From Bacillota bacterium (GTDB lineage: Bacteria; Bacillota; Ch66; Ch109): DNA of 64,000 nucleotides. This document shows, in pieces, positions 29,620 through 38,628 of this stretch. Positions within the stretch are counted from its first letter, which is position 1, and each line of letters opens with the position of its first letter. The notes below the pieces were generated by a model. That model did not search any database. It worked only from the letters and a program-made list of their open reading frames with translations, and had not been told where the DNA came from. The stretch spans positions 1,504,001 through 1,568,000 of the forward strand of contig JBMNLH010000001.1 in the NCBI GenBank assembly GCA_050952625.1. Direction: 5' to 3'. A program made the translations under genes and the position numbers.

Positions 29620-29667
29620 GCTGATTTTATTTTCATGTGATTGATTTTCATGTGATTGATTTTCATG
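29620..29667. repeat. 15-bp tandem repeat
   Basis: ttttcatgtgattga units. Confidence 0.75.
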
Positions 29668-29744
29668 CTGGTTGACGCAATGAGTACGATGACACTGATG
29701 ATGGCCCTGATGGTTGCTGTTATCAGGATGAAATAGTGAAGCAG

Positions 29745-30599
29745 CTAGAGTATGGCCGAATTAAGCGATGTTAATAAATAAACCAGTAGCACAGCAGTTC
29801 CTCCTCCAATGAGAGAGCTCAACAGATTGACCAGATCATTATTGACCCACGGCCAACCCCGGGTCGGTCGAGACAACTTATGGCAGTGTTCGGTTTTCTC
29901 CGTCACTTTACCGCAAACCTGGCACTGGTACTGAATTTGCACTGTTGCCCCCAAAAAACTGTCCGCGAAACAACCAACCAATCCACTGACTAAACTGACC
30001 AGGATCACACTACTCATGGGTAATATGGGGGTAGTTAATAACTGTCCTACTTCAGCTACCATACCGGTCAAAGCAGCCCCGGCCGCCGCCGCCGCTGTCC
30101 CGGCTAAAGATACCCCGCCAGAAGTACCAGGAGCGACCCTTCGTCCAGTTAAAACCGACCGAGTGCCTCCGCGACTAAGGACTCCCAATTCAGTTGCCCA
30201 AGTATCAGCGTTGACAGTGGCCATAGTTCCGATAAACAGCGCGAAGAAATGAGGGTCAGGCCCCAGCAGCGAATTTATTAATGCCACCAGCGCGCCAGCT
30301 CCGCCATTAGCTAATACCTGTCCCAGATCTCGCCGGCCGGTTTTGGCAAAATCCTGCTCAACTCCCTGTTTATCCCGGCGTCGATAGCCGGACAGGACAC
30401 TGGCAGACAGAAAAAAAGCGGCCAGAATCGCCAACCAGACCCATCCCCCAAAGCCCGTAATCACTGTTCCCACGAGCAATGCTCCGACCAAGCCGCTAGC
30501 AGAAAGGGCCTGTTTATAATATCCCGCCAGAGCCCCAAGCAAGCTCACCAGGAATCCCCAAATTAACACCCGGGCGATCTCCCTTCTTAAAATAATCAC
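29745..30599 (-). CDS. DUF92 (TMEM19-like) membrane protein
   Basis: GRRDLGQVLANG, NADTWATELG, GTSGGVS..GT, DSFLGA, NNDLVN. Confidence 0.9.
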   Translation of the reverse strand: MIILRREIARVLIWGFLVSLLGALAGYYKQALSASGLVGALLVGTVITGFGGWVWLAILAAFFLSASVLSGYRRRDKQGVEQDFAKTGRRDLGQVLANGGAGALVALINSLLGPDPHFFALFIGTMATVNADTWATELGVLSRGGTRSVLTGRRVAPGTSGGVSLAGTAAAAAGAALTGMVAEVGQLLTTPILPMSSVILVSLVSGLVGCFADSFLGATVQIQYQCQVCGKVTEKTEHCHKLSRPTRGWPWVNNDLVNLLSSLIGGGTAVLLVYLLTSLNSAIL

Positions 30600-30753
30600 T
30601 CTTAGTATTTTAGCATATCCTCGATGATGTCTGTCTTATCGACCAAAAATGAACTAGCTTTATAAACTAAAAAACCATGCATAAATAGATGGCAAATGCT
30701 AAAACTTAACATTGAAAAGATATAGTTTACTACACCAAAAGGAGGTGCGATTT

Positions 30754-30951
30754 TTGAATCAACTGACCAATCGTGAGCTCTTACTTCTGGAAGAAAACTT
30801 AAAAATGGAAGCTAGTATGGCTACTTTTGCCCAGAGCTGTGTACACCTGGTTTCTGACCCCCAGCTACGGGCACTGTGCCAGAGAATTGCCCAGGACCAC
30901 CATAACGACTATCAGGGATTATCCCGCTATATTAATATGCGAAATATGTAA
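30754..30951 (+). CDS. Small spore-coat-associated protein
   Basis: AAGGAGGTG SD then TTG; LT.RELL.LE...DPQL..LC...A..H pattern; upstream GCATA forespore-type promoter candidate. Confidence 0.75.
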   Translation: MNQLTNRELLLLEENLKMEASMATFAQSCVHLVSDPQLRALCQRIAQDHHNDYQGLSRYINMRNM

Positions 30952-30970
30952 ATAAAGGAGGTGTGTATCC

Positions 30971-31438
30971 ATGGCCCAGCATATGAATCCAAACTATTCA
31001 GCCATGGCGACCACTGGTGCGGTAGGAACCACCGGAACTACGATAAGTAGTGCCGGCGGTATAGGCTTGACAGACCGAGACTTGTTCCAAATCATGCTAA
31101 ATGAACACAAACTCATGACGATGTCGATGACTACCACAATTCTGGAAGCGGTTAATCCCCAGTTGCGCCAAGATTGTATAAATGTTCTCAATAAAAACTT
31201 TGATCATCAAAGGATGATTTGGGAAGCGATGCACCAACGGGGCTGGTACCAGGTCCAAATGGCGACCCCTCAGGAAATGCAGCGGATGCAGCAGCAACTA
31301 AGCCAGCAAACCTATCCGCAACAACAACCGTATAATCAACAGCAAACACATACGCAGCAGACGTTTCACCAACAACCTTACATGCAGCATTCATATACGC
31401 AACAACCCTATTCTCAATCGTTTACGCAACGCTCATAA
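30971..31438 (+). CDS. Spore coat protein (CotF domain) with Gln-rich tail
   Basis: LTDRD...EAVNPQLR...M.QRGWY; Q/P/Y/T repeats. Confidence 0.8.
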   Translation: MAQHMNPNYSAMATTGAVGTTGTTISSAGGIGLTDRDLFQIMLNEHKLMTMSMTTTILEAVNPQLRQDCINVLNKNFDHQRMIWEAMHQRGWYQVQMATPQEMQRMQQQLSQQTYPQQQPYNQQQTHTQQTFHQQPYMQHSYTQQPYSQSFTQRS

Positions 31439-31462
31439 ATAAAGAACAGACCAAAAAGGCCA

Positions 31463-31491
31463 TAAAGTCCTGGTTGCTAACCAGGACTTTA
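31463..31491. terminator. Intrinsic terminator
   Basis: taaagtcctggtt-gct-aaccaggacttta. Confidence 0.8.
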
Positions 31492-31666
31492 ATACTTGAC
31501 TATTCCCTTCACGCTAAAATCAACTTCGCATGTATTGACTTGGTTAACAGTCCTACCTGGAAACAATAATCAAAGATTTAAACCGCTAATTGCTAACCTT
31601 CAAGGAGTTAAATGAGAAGGAAGCAAAAAACCGTACCCCTTGTTTTCTTCAAATCCAGCAGCTGAA

Positions 31667-32053
31667 ATGGAGGGAAAAGATATTAGACATCATCTATTAT
31701 CTTTACTAATAAAATATTTCCTTATCGCGCTTACCTTAGCCCTTTTGCTGCCTCCTTTTGGAAATTATAGTGTTGGGATGACCTTTATCATTGCCGTACC
31801 CATAACTCTAGTCCTGTATAGCCTCAGCGACCTGATGGTGCTGCCTCTTGCCGGTAACCGAAACACAAGCATTCTAAATACTTTTCTGGCTAGCCTAATA
31901 ATCTGGGCAAGTCTTTATGTTCTGCCGGACTTTACTCTTTCCTGGTTTGGCATCCTGATCAGTTCACTGGCGGTGGGGATTAATGAATGGTTCTTCCACC
32001 GTTGGTTGTTACGAAACGGCATCGTTCTTCTAGTTAATAACAAATTAAAATAG
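31667..32053 (+). CDS. YndM/DUF2512-family membrane protein
   Basis: L.IK., DLMVLP..GN and EWFFHRWL motifs; 4 TM segments. Confidence 0.8.
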   Translation: MEGKDIRHHLLSLLIKYFLIALTLALLLPPFGNYSVGMTFIIAVPITLVLYSLSDLMVLPLAGNRNTSILNTFLASLIIWASLYVLPDFTLSWFGILISSLAVGINEWFFHRWLLRNGIVLLVNNKLK

Positions 32054-32138
32054 CAAAAACAGGGCTTCCTTGACAGGTATAGCCCTGAATTTTCTTCCGT
32101 TTATTCCTACAGGTAAAATAAGTTTTAAACTGCTCAAT

Positions 32139-32495
32139 CTAAGCAGATGCTTTTTCCGTTTTAGACTCTGAATTGACTTTAATTGATTCTCTAGGACCAC
32201 TAGCATTCTGATTTTCAGAAGAGGCCGCCGGACTCTCCACTGGTTTTTCTTCCACCTTTTCATAGGCATCACTAAAATCTGGCGTCGCTTCTCGGCCAGG
32301 AAGAGGTTTACCAGTATATTCCGCATGATCCTTACAATAAAAACCGCTTCCCTTGAAAAGAATTCCGACATTTCTGGAGATAATTCTTTTAATCGGCCCA
32401 TGGCAATTAGGGCAATTTTCCAAGGCCGGCTCAGTTATTTTTTGCGTAAACTGCATTTTGCCACATTGGTCACATCGGTAATCATAGGTCGGCAA
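32139..32495 (-). CDS. FmdB-family zinc-ribbon protein
   Basis: PTYDYRCDQCG...CPNC...FKGSGFY. Confidence 0.88.
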   Translation of the reverse strand: MPTYDYRCDQCGKMQFTQKITEPALENCPNCHGPIKRIISRNVGILFKGSGFYCKDHAEYTGKPLPGREATPDFSDAYEKVEEKPVESPAASSENQNASGPRESIKVNSESKTEKASA

Positions 32496-32602
32496 CTATT
32501 CTCCCTCCCTCTAGCCTTTTATTTAAAATAAAACTTACAGTATCTGTTATAAACCATATTAAACCGGTTTGTCAATATTTTAGGACTATTGGTGGATCGA
32601 GT

Positions 32603-32688
32603 TATTAAGAAAATAACACGTTCCTTATCGTTTGGGTTATTTTCATCTGTGGTTGTGCTTAACGGGCATGGGTGGTTAATAATAAAAT
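32603..32688 (-). repeat. Site plus short hairpin cargo, near-copy of 28476-28552
   Basis: Minus strand attttattattaaccacccatgcccgttaagcacaaccacagatgaaaataacccaaac...aacgtgttattttcttaataac. Confidence 0.8.
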
Positions 32689-32690
32689 TA

Positions 32691-32715
32691 GGAGGACCGG
32701 ATTTTCGGCCCTCCC
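32691..32715 (-). terminator. Intrinsic terminator
   Basis: ggaggaccg/cggccctcc stem with flanking A/T runs. Confidence 0.6.
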
Positions 32716-32883
32716 AATTTTACCCAAAACCTATATACCCGAAAACAGGAATACATGTACACGGGATACTCCAACTATGTACTTAGTTCTCTGCATCCGG
32801 GAAACAACTTGGTTATTGGACCTCTCCACATATCGCACAACTAACACGGCCGTCTTCCGTCATGCTCGAAGATAATAGGGCGA

Positions 32884-33096
32884 CTATTCGATTACAGCCA
32901 GTACATCCCCCTGGTTTACTACGTCGCCAATTTTGCAGTTGATTTCTTTAACAGTGCCACTTTCCGGAGCAAAAATGGGGTTTTCCATCTTCATGGATTC
33001 CAGAACGATTACTTCATCGTCTTCTTCAACAGATGCGCCAACTTCGACATTGATCGCAATAATTTTTCCTACCATCGGGGCCTCAACGTTTGCCAC
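32884..33096 (-). CDS. Stand-alone biotin carboxyl carrier protein
   Basis: APMVGK...LESMKMEN biotinylation motif. Confidence 0.9.
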   Translation of the reverse strand: MANVEAPMVGKIIAINVEVGASVEEDDEVIVLESMKMENPIFAPESGTVKEINCKIGDVVNQGDVLAVIE

Positions 33097-33474
33097 TTAA
33101 CATCCCTCCTGAAAATTATAGCCTAACCTCACTGGGGTCAGCTTTATCCTTGAAGTTTAACTGATCGGATTCGCGGGTTAACCATAAAATCTTCTCGGTT
33201 AGCGGCCGTGGTTGTGTGATATGTGGACAAATCTACGAAATCCCAGAAATAGTGTTTCCCAAATTCCACATGCTACTCCTCTGAGAAACCTTTCTCTAAC
33301 TCTACCATATTCGACACGTTGTTCTATAAATCCTTCATATTCCCAGAAATATAGATAAAATTCTATCCTGGAAATTGTCTGTATCAGACACCTCTTTCTT
33401 ATTCAACACGGGCTACAAATCTCCTGCTAATTGCTGAAATTAAATCCACTAGTTTCTGCTTTTTCTCACTGCTG

Positions 33475-34122
33475 TTATAATTTCCATTCCTTCCCGTATC
33501 GCATTGGTCGTTTCAGGATGAATTTCTGCTCTCGGGGGTAGGCCCGGCACCAATCCGGTTCGAAGCTCCAATCAGCTTTAAAAATTACCTCTAGCTGCTT
33601 AAAATATTCAACCGGATTTGATTTCATATCCAAACCTCGGGCTTTGAGTTCCTTGCTAAGAGCCTGATTAACTTCCATTTCATATGCCTCCAGCCGGTCA
33701 AAAAATTCTTTCCAAATACCTACTCCCTCTTCCTCCCAAATACTACAGCCCGGACAGACATAGAAACGACAAACAGATTCCCTTAGTTCGGGGGCCCAAC
33801 GGCACCCTCCTTCCAGGGAATGAAACTGGCAACGAAAATCGCCATCTTTATCTTCGAGGCGATCGACTGACATATATTCTTCTAGAATAGTGATCCGCGG
33901 CATGGAAAAAATAACCTTGATTGCCTCCGGGTCATTCGCCAGCAAATAGGCAAAATCAGTGGGGTAGTAGGTCGGGTTATAGTAGCAGCAACCCTTGGCA
34001 TCTTCCCGAGGACAGTCCCAGCATAAAGAACATTCGATCCAGCTGCGTAACCCCAGGTTGTGGAAAACAATCTCAAAAGATCGTTCCCGCCAATTGTCAG
34101 GTCCGGTTGACTCCTTAACCAA
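33475..34122 (-). CDS. Cys-rich hypothetical protein (distant YkgJ-like)
   Basis: CSLCWDC...GCC...CQFH...GGC......R..VCRFYVC; GGAGGGAG SD. Confidence 0.7.
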   Translation of the reverse strand: MVKESTGPDNWRERSFEIVFHNLGLRSWIECSLCWDCPREDAKGCCYYNPTYYPTDFAYLLANDPEAIKVIFSMPRITILEEYMSVDRLEDKDGDFRCQFHSLEGGCRWAPELRESVCRFYVCPGCSIWEEEGVGIWKEFFDRLEAYEMEVNQALSKELKARGLDMKSNPVEYFKQLEVIFKADWSFEPDWCRAYPREQKFILKRPMRYGKEWKL

Positions 34123-34265
34123 CAGACGCTCTCCCTCCCTTCGGATTTACGGTTATTATAACACGAGGTTAGAGGCTGTGGACTTTTTTCCGGAAAAAAG
34201 TCAGCCTCATTCTTTACCTGATTATCATACCAAACAGGATCAGCTAAGCTGTAACCCGCAATTTC

Positions 34266-35447
34266 TTAGGGACGGCAAGACGGACAAGGTCGAAATCCCC
34301 CCTCAACGGCTTCCTCCCGAGTATTATAAAGCACTCGATTTTTTGCACTAGGTAAGTTGGAGCAGGTCGACCGGTGAAAAACCCGACTGTTTTTATTGCC
34401 GATAAACTGTTCGGTATTCCCAGAAGCGTTATTAGCCATAGGTTTTGAAGCAGCCGAATCAATATTCACAAAATCCGATTGTAGAGGACCGGCTAATTTT
34501 TCAATGCTTATCTTTTCACCATCGGAGGCAAAAATAAGTGTTCCTTCCTGGTCGGTCCGGTAAACCTCTATCCCAGCCCTGTTTAATCCGGTAAGGGTTT
34601 CCGAGTGAGGGTGGCCATAGTCATTGTCCACTCCCACTGAAATCACGGCGTGTTTAGGGCGGACCGCATTTAAGAACGGCAGTGTTGTCGAACTCCGGCT
34701 GCCGTGATGGCCGACCTTAAGAACGTCTGACTTAAGTAAGGGCGTTACCCAACTTGAAGTAAGCATTTCTCTTTCTGATTGCGCCTCTGCATCTCCGGTA
34801 AACAAAAAGGAGGTCGCGCCATACTGAATCCGGGTTACCACTGACCAGTCGTTTAAACTCTCATAAGCCGTGCCGCAAGGGGCTAAAATGATCGCGTTTA
34901 AATTCTCTTGATCAATAATGGATACGCCCGCTTTGGCAGTAGTTACAGTCAAAGATTTAGCGTTAATCGCCTGTAGAACATCCTCAAAGGTCTTAGTATT
35001 ATTAGTTATTCGAGGGAGATAAACTTGGCCAATTTCCAAATCCTTGATTACATTATCCAAACCGCCAATGTGGTCTTCATGCGGATGGGTCCCGATCAGG
35101 TAGTCAATCTTTCTTATGCCTTGCTGCTGGAGATAGGATACAACGGCTGGTCCGTCCGCATTGTTGCCGGCATCGATCAGCATCGTTTGTCTATTCGGCA
35201 ACTGGATCAGGATAGAATCTGCCTGCCCGACATTTAGAAAGTGGACTTTAAGCTGGTCGGTCAACAATTGATCAGTATCCGGCGGATGCTCCTGGCCGGT
35301 TTCCGAGGGAGGGACAGTCGTATACTCCGGGCTTCTACTCTGGAACAGGCCGCAGCCGGGACCGGTTAAAAGGAAGATCAATGATAGGATAAACAGGATC
35401 AATAGGACAACAAATCTTGACCTCTGTTGCGTCTTCTGTTTCATCAT
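34266..35447 (-). CDS. ComEC/Rec2-type metallo-beta-lactamase-fold lipoprotein with C-terminal Ada metal-binding domain
   Basis: VGQAD, THPHEDHIGG, FTGDAE, KVGHHGS, YGHPH, YRTD; FHRSTC...FRPCPSCRP. Confidence 0.9.
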   Translation of the reverse strand: MMKQKTQQRSRFVVLLILFILSLIFLLTGPGCGLFQSRSPEYTTVPPSETGQEHPPDTDQLLTDQLKVHFLNVGQADSILIQLPNRQTMLIDAGNNADGPAVVSYLQQQGIRKIDYLIGTHPHEDHIGGLDNVIKDLEIGQVYLPRITNNTKTFEDVLQAINAKSLTVTTAKAGVSIIDQENLNAIILAPCGTAYESLNDWSVVTRIQYGATSFLFTGDAEAQSEREMLTSSWVTPLLKSDVLKVGHHGSRSSTTLPFLNAVRPKHAVISVGVDNDYGHPHSETLTGLNRAGIEVYRTDQEGTLIFASDGEKISIEKLAGPLQSDFVNIDSAASKPMANNASGNTEQFIGNKNSRVFHRSTCSNLPSAKNRVLYNTREEAVEGGFRPCPSCRP

Positions 35448-35460
35448 GAAGCCTCTTCTC

Positions 35461-35670
35461 TCAGTCCTTAAAAAGTTCGTTAGTCAGCTGCTTAAGATAC
35501 TGCTTCCGGCTTACCGTGGTGGTCTGGTTAATGGTTATTTTAATATCCAGCACATCACCCTCCTTGGCCTCCGCTGGAATTAATGCCCGGGGCAGATTAA
35601 AGGTTTTCTGAGCCAACTGCTGGGCTTCAATAACTGCCCACTCTTCCTCAAACCGATCAATAATAAACAA
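35461..35670 (-). CDS. DUF3006 domain protein
   Basis: IIDRFE...AVIE...LP...AKEGDVL. Confidence 0.88.
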   Translation of the reverse strand: MFIIDRFEEEWAVIEAQQLAQKTFNLPRALIPAEAKEGDVLDIKITINQTTTVSRKQYLKQLTNELFKD

Positions 35671-35681
35671 AACCTACCCCC

Positions 35682-35963
35682 CTATAAAAGTTCTTCCATG
35701 AATTTTTCCACATACTTAACACCAGAATCCGTAACTTCTACCGCTTCCAAAATACAGATTGACGGACTATTTTGTCCCTGCTCAATAAACTCAACTCCAT
35801 TTATTAAGCCTTCTTCCTGCATCTCGGCAATTAGGTCGATAAATTCACGATAAGTTAGCCCATCTTCACTTACATAATCCATAATATCGGGATTGTTGCC
35901 AATAAGCAAATCGCTAAGTATGCCGCACTTAAATATCTCTTTTTCTCTTGACTCAGCAACCAC
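35682..35963 (-). CDS. Small winged-helix (YjcQ-like) protein
   Basis: MQEEGLINGV...VTDSGVKY pattern. Confidence 0.6.
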   Translation of the reverse strand: MVAESREKEIFKCGILSDLLIGNNPDIMDYVSEDGLTYREFIDLIAEMQEEGLINGVEFIEQGQNSPSICILEAVEVTDSGVKYVEKFMEELL

Positions 35964-36034
35964 TTGTTAACCCCTTTCTTATTATCCAATCTGCATGAAA
36001 GCTTGGGCATTAACTCGGTCAGCAGATTTTATTG

Positions 36035-36123
36035 TTCTGATGGGGGTTACCTTGTTCAAAACTTCAGGTGGAGTAGATTCTCCACCTGAAACCCCGATGT
36101 TCAGCGAAGCTGAACGAGTTCAC
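36035..36123 (+). mobile_element. Non-autonomous IS200/IS605/IS607-like element (right-end/omega-RNA-like scaffold, no transposase)
   Basis: Hairpins TTCAGGTGGAG/CTCCACCTGAA and GTTCAGC/GCTGAAC ending GAGTTCAC; two further copies in the window. Confidence 0.65.
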
Positions 36124-36186
36124 TTTCATCACTGACAAATCTCCGGGAATTGCCAACCAGCCGGAATGACTTGAACTAACCCTTAT

Positions 36187-37473
36187 TTAGACCCAGCCTC
36201 GCATTTTCACGGCCTGGGCAACGCGGTTAATTGAGATAACATAAGCAGCATCACGCATATACAGATTCCGTTGCTGCGCCAGTTCCCAAACGGCTTTAAA
36301 GGCAGCCGTCATCTTAAGGTCAAGTTTCTCTAACACTTCATCCTTTTCCCAATAAAAATTCGAATTCGACTGAACCTGTTCAAAATAACTGCAGGTAACG
36401 CCACCGGCATTTGCCAGAAAATCAGGAATCACAAAGATGTTCCGCTCTTTAATTATCTCATCCACGTCTGGGGTTGTCGGCCCATTGGCTCCCTCTGCAA
36501 TCACCTTAACCTGACTGCTGATTTTATTCACATTAGCTTGAGTAATCTGATTCTCTAGGGCAGCCGGAATCAGGATGTCGACCTCCTGGGCAATCCAGTC
36601 TTCTCCCGACAGTATCTCACACCCAAGGTCCCGCGCTTTATCCTTATCCAGACTACCAAAAGAATCGACAATCCCCTGTAGGGCTACTACATCTAACCCA
36701 TCCTTCTTGCGGAAGGTATAGGATTGCTTATCGGCAAAATCCCAACACGAAACTGCGATTACCCGGCCGCCCAACTGTTGATACAACAACGCAGCGTATT
36801 GCGCCACATTACCAAAACCCTGAATACTAGCCGTGGTATCCTCAGGTTTAATGTTTAGGGCTTTCAGGGCTTCCCGCAGAGTATAGATAACGCCAAAACC
36901 AGTCGCTTCGGTCCGGCCCAAAGAACCACCCATGCCGACTGGTTTTCCCGTAATAAACCCCGGATATCTCCCGCCGTGAATAGTCTCGAACTCATCAAGC
37001 ATCCAAAGCATATGTTTGGCATTGGTCATCACGTCTGGTGCCGGCACGTCCAGACAAGGTCCCATGTCTTTAGCTATTTTTCTAACATAGCCCCGACACA
37101 GTCTTTCCTGTTCCTTCTCCGTTAAACTGCGTGGATCACAAATAATTCCGCCTTTACCACCGCCCAGCGGAATATCCACCACCGCACACTTCCAGGTCAT
37201 CCACATTGACAGGGCACGTATTGTATCAATTGTTTCTTGCGGATGAAAACGGATGCCCCCCTTGGCTGGTCCCCGGGCATCATTGTGTTGGATGCGATAA
37301 CCGTTAAAAATCTTGGCACTCCCATCCTCCATCTGTACCGGAATGGTAAAATGATACTCTCGCATCGGTTGACGCAGGAGTTCCCGGGTTGCTTCATCAA
37401 GCCCAATAATACTAGCCACTTTATCAAATTGAGCCTGGGCGTTCTTGTAGGGATTATAGGCACTTTCACTCAT
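36187..37473 (-). CDS. gdhA: Glutamate dehydrogenase (Glu/Leu/Phe/Val dehydrogenase family)
   Basis: RGPAKGGIRF, MTWKC, GGGKGG, DVPAPD, GRTEATG, QGFGNV, EGANGP, ANAGGV. Confidence 0.93.
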   Translation of the reverse strand: MSESAYNPYKNAQAQFDKVASIIGLDEATRELLRQPMREYHFTIPVQMEDGSAKIFNGYRIQHNDARGPAKGGIRFHPQETIDTIRALSMWMTWKCAVVDIPLGGGKGGIICDPRSLTEKEQERLCRGYVRKIAKDMGPCLDVPAPDVMTNAKHMLWMLDEFETIHGGRYPGFITGKPVGMGGSLGRTEATGFGVIYTLREALKALNIKPEDTTASIQGFGNVAQYAALLYQQLGGRVIAVSCWDFADKQSYTFRKKDGLDVVALQGIVDSFGSLDKDKARDLGCEILSGEDWIAQEVDILIPAALENQITQANVNKISSQVKVIAEGANGPTTPDVDEIIKERNIFVIPDFLANAGGVTCSYFEQVQSNSNFYWEKDEVLEKLDLKMTAAFKAVWELAQQRNLYMRDAAYVISINRVAQAVKMRGWV

Positions 37474-37599
37474 TGATTGTTATACCCTCCCATTTTTTAG
37501 ATATTAGATTTCTAAGTTGCATTATATAGCGATTTTCGACCTATTTCAAGGATCTTCAACAATGTATACCTGGATAATAATCCCGTCCGATCAGATTAA

Positions 37600-37618
37600 A
37601 AAGAGCCCGAAGGCTCTT
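37600..37618 (-). terminator. Intrinsic terminator
   Basis: aagagcc-cgaa-ggctctt with an A-run on the + strand. Confidence 0.7.
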
Positions 37619-37647
37619 AGCAGTAATCCTTATATTAAAGTTAAAGG

Positions 37648-38376
37648 CTATTGTTGGGGGATCTGGTTTAGCATATTGGTCATATCCATCACTTGAACAC
37701 CGGCCGGTAATTGGAATTTTTCCGCTGGCTGCGGCCCTATTTGTAGGTTCTTGAACTCCATAACGGCTTTTCCTTCTTGAGAATCTACTTCAATTCTGAT
37801 CGGAATGCCGTAATCTTCCCGGACCCACATTTTACACTCTTCCTTACCGTCAGCCGTGGTAATTACCACTACTTTACAAGTTACCCCATCGTAAACTGTT
37901 GAATCGACAATCTTATATTTGTCTGGCTTAGTGTCAATATCCTCCGTATAATCAAGCGGCGTCTCTTTGAGGTTGCTTTGATCCGGCGTTATCTTAATGG
38001 CCATGTCCTCCTCGGCCATATAATTATACATGGTTACCCCATCATAAATAGTAACAACCGTTTGCCCCTCAACCGTAGTCTCCATCCTGGTCTTATGGCC
38101 TTGCACCCAAAATTTTCCATTAATAGTGTTGCTTTTATCTTTATAAGTATAGTCATAGGACATTCCTTCGATTTGTTTTGCTTTAGCCAACAAACTGATT
38201 GGCGAATCGTCATTGGCTGGCGGGGCGTTTTGTTGAGTATCAGGTTGACTGCTATTCGGAGGCTGACTGTTCGTGTTTTGACTTCCGCCGCCACACCCAA
38301 TTAGCGCGATGCTTAATAAGCCAATAAGTAACCAGAGAAACAAGTTTTTTAGACACAAGTATTTTGTTTTTTTCAT
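37648..38376 (-). CDS. Lipoprotein, LolA-like/DUF4412-type fold
   Basis: Lipobox LIGC, Ser/Gln linker, GKFWV..KTRME, KMWV...GIPIRIE, F.LPAG. Confidence 0.75.
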   Translation of the reverse strand: MKKTKYLCLKNLFLWLLIGLLSIALIGCGGGSQNTNSQPPNSSQPDTQQNAPPANDDSPISLLAKAKQIEGMSYDYTYKDKSNTINGKFWVQGHKTRMETTVEGQTVVTIYDGVTMYNYMAEEDMAIKITPDQSNLKETPLDYTEDIDTKPDKYKIVDSTVYDGVTCKVVVITTADGKEECKMWVREDYGIPIRIEVDSQEGKAVMEFKNLQIGPQPAEKFQLPAGVQVMDMTNMLNQIPQQ

Positions 38377-38541
38377 TTTAGACTTCCTCCCGTTTTTGTC
38401 TTCATCTAATCAAGAGCCCCTCTAAAAACGGCTGCAAACCTCCTTTCTAATAAAAAGGTATATATATTTTCAACGGTCAGGTTATGTATTCCTGCCAGAC
38501 TAAAATATTCTATATAAAAAATAAAAAATGGCTCGACTCAA

Positions 38542-38573
38542 GAAAAATCCCGCAAAGGCTTGCGGAATTTTTC
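38542..38573. terminator. Terminator hairpin related to those at 42046 and 44753
   Basis: gaaaaatcccgcaa-aggc-ttgcggaattttt. Confidence 0.75.
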
Positions 38574-38628
38574 TTTCTGGGGTTCAATGGCATCGGGTTA
38601 TTAATAATTTAGGTTGTAAGCGAGTCTC

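Noticed and set aside
32715-32880. 6S RNA (GTGTTAGTTGT resembles the B. subtilis 6S-1 5' arm)
   Set aside because: No complementary 3' arm to form the long rod
34266-35963. ComEC-like MBL, DUF3006 and wHTH genes as a defence or mobile system
   Set aside because: The MBL-DUF3006 pair is a common chromosomal arrangement in Firmicutes, and there are no mobility signatures
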